A DNA stretch of 64,000 bases, from positions 11,222,001 through 11,286,000 of the forward strand of contig NC_045698.1 of the NCBI RefSeq assembly GCF_009834535.1, written 5' to 3'. A program made the translations under genes and the position numbers. Each line of letters starts with the position of its first letter. The stretch's first letter is position 1. Source of the stretch: Camelus ferus (taxonomy: Eukaryota). Positions 62,668-64,000 of this stretch are shown in pieces. Under the pieces are notes generated by a model that saw only the letters and a list, made by a program, of their open reading frames with translations, was not told the origin of the DNA and did no database searches.

Positions 62668-63355
62668 ATAAGCAGGCAATCTGCTAAACAATAAAGTGCA
62701 AATAAAAAGCTGCATCACCTCCTGGATAATACAGGAAACAATAATAAAATCACAAGTTTCACCATCACATTTGTTAAAACTTAAAATGTGGTTAGAATTC
62801 AGGGCTTGTAAGAATGTATGAAAATAACTACTCATACCCGGCTGGGAGGAATGTATGCTTGTGACCTTGTGACACTTTATACAGTGCAAATGTGAACACT
62901 CATCGATCTGTTCGCTTCATTTATACAGACTTATTCAAAAACAAAAACATTCAATTTTTAAGATGGGCAAACACAAACACACATAAATACAAATGAGAAC
63001 ATTAATCACAGTTTTCTTTGGAATAGGAAACATCTGGAAACAGCTGAAATGATCATCAGGAGAAAGATGGTGTGAGGGGGGATATACTCCTGTCGTTTGG
63101 GATTCTTCAGCAGGTTACAGTGGGTCTGTTTGTATCAGCTTGGAAGACTGTTCTTAATATATTTTTAAATGAAAATGTCAAATAACATGTTCTCCCAATA
63201 TAAAAGATTTTATGTGTGAATGTATTTTGTAAGAAAAGTTAATATTATAGAAGTTATGCACCAAATTGTGACTGCTATGGAGGTGATGTTGGATGTGGGA
63301 GGGAGAAACTCTAAGCTTTACTTTAGATGTTTCTGTATAGTTTACATTTGACACA

Positions 63356-63750
63356 TTTTTTTTAAATTGTAGTATAGTCAGTTACTGTGTATCAATTTCT
63401 GTTATACGGCATAACGTCCCAGTCATACATGTACATACATAGAGTCGTTTTCATATTCTTTTTCATTATATATTACTATAAGATATTGAGTATAGTTCCC
63501 TGTGGTATACAGAAGAAATTTGTTTTTTAATCTGTTTTATGTATAGTGTTAATATTTGCACATCTCAAACTCTCAATTTATCCCTTCCCACCCCCTTTCC
63601 GCCCTATGTAAAATTGTTTACTATGTCTGCAAGTCTGTTTCTGTTTTGTAGATAAGTTCATTTAGTGTCTTTTTTTTCCCCTTTTGTTAGTCACCATATG
63701 TTAGTGATATCATATAGTATTTTACTTTCTCTTTCTGGCTTACTTCACAA
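63356..63750 (-). mobile_element. L1 3' end (cetartiodactyl type)
   Basis: tttttttaaattgtagtatagtcagttac...gagtatagttccctgtggtatacagaag...tctctttctggcttacttcac (ORF2 end EVSQKEKVKYYMISL on the minus strand). Confidence 0.9.
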
Positions 63751-63939
63751 TTGCTTTTATAATCCAAATGATGCTGAAAAATGCATGATAGTGAAATCCT
63801 GTACCACCAGCACACTTTCACCCAACAGCATATTGTATGTAAACTGGAGAGGTGAGGTCCTCCACTCTCCTTTCCCTGCTCTAGCAGCTCAGGGTCTAGC
63901 AACAGTAAGGCAGGTTGAAGAATTTTCTTTTTCTCCCCT

Positions 63940-64000
63940 CTTTTAAAATTTTATTATTTTTTTATCAAATTTTTCAAGGATACTTTCCATTTACAGTTAT
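63940..64000 (-). mobile_element. L1 3' terminus of another subfamily (runs off the window)
   Basis: T-rich tail then tcaaggatactttccatttacagttat. Confidence 0.55.

Larger units (their letters stand above)
59880..63300 (+). mobile_element. Ancient L1ME-like element, fragmented by an LTR (60980-61480) and a young L1 (61566-62650)
   Basis: gaaatacctaggaatgaatttaatgag; gatcctaaagtgtatatggaag; ctactagatatgaaaacttaatataaagcta; continues at 61485 (ggtcaaaagacaaatgatagtctgggag) and after 62651. Confidence 0.7.
25478..64000 (+). other. FBXL7: FBXL7 intron 2 (5' part; inferred)
   Basis: Begins at the GT donor; no exon 3 (DSDLSMRTLSTPSP...F-box) seen downstream in the window. Confidence 0.75.

Overview
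Mammalian nuclear DNA, most likely from a camelid (alpaca, llama or camel), judged from a tRNA-Ala-derived Vic-1-type SINE and cetartiodactyl-type L1 3' ends. The only protein-coding sequence I can support is one 90-nt, phase-1/phase-1 internal exon (25388-25477, + strand) that translates to (G)KGSSSISSDVSSSTDHTPTQAQKNVATSE. I recognise this as exon 2 of FBXL7 (F-box/LRR protein 7), so the window is the end of a very large intron 1, exon 2, and the start of intron 2. The rest is intronic: many MIR and L2 relics, old and young L1 fragments (several with clear TSDs, two with 5' inversions), MaLR/ERVL/ERV1 solo LTRs, a few DNA-transposon MITEs and microsatellites. Four N-runs lie inside young L1 ORF2 pieces and look like length-exact masking, not true gaps. 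Apart from L1 ORF2 remnants, none of the supplied ORFs looks like a real gene. I found no prokaryote-type system (no CRISPR array, operon or rRNA) and cannot claim a new biological system. The best leads are two frame-preserving 9-nt candidate microexons, one in each intron, both with UGC at -9..-7 of the acceptor; a candidate in-frame alternative first coding exon; and a CpG-retaining hairpin beside a bZIP/bHLH motif cluster. All are predictions needing RNA-seq or alignment. Repeat family names come from my memory of consensus sequences and need RepeatMasker/Dfam confirmation.
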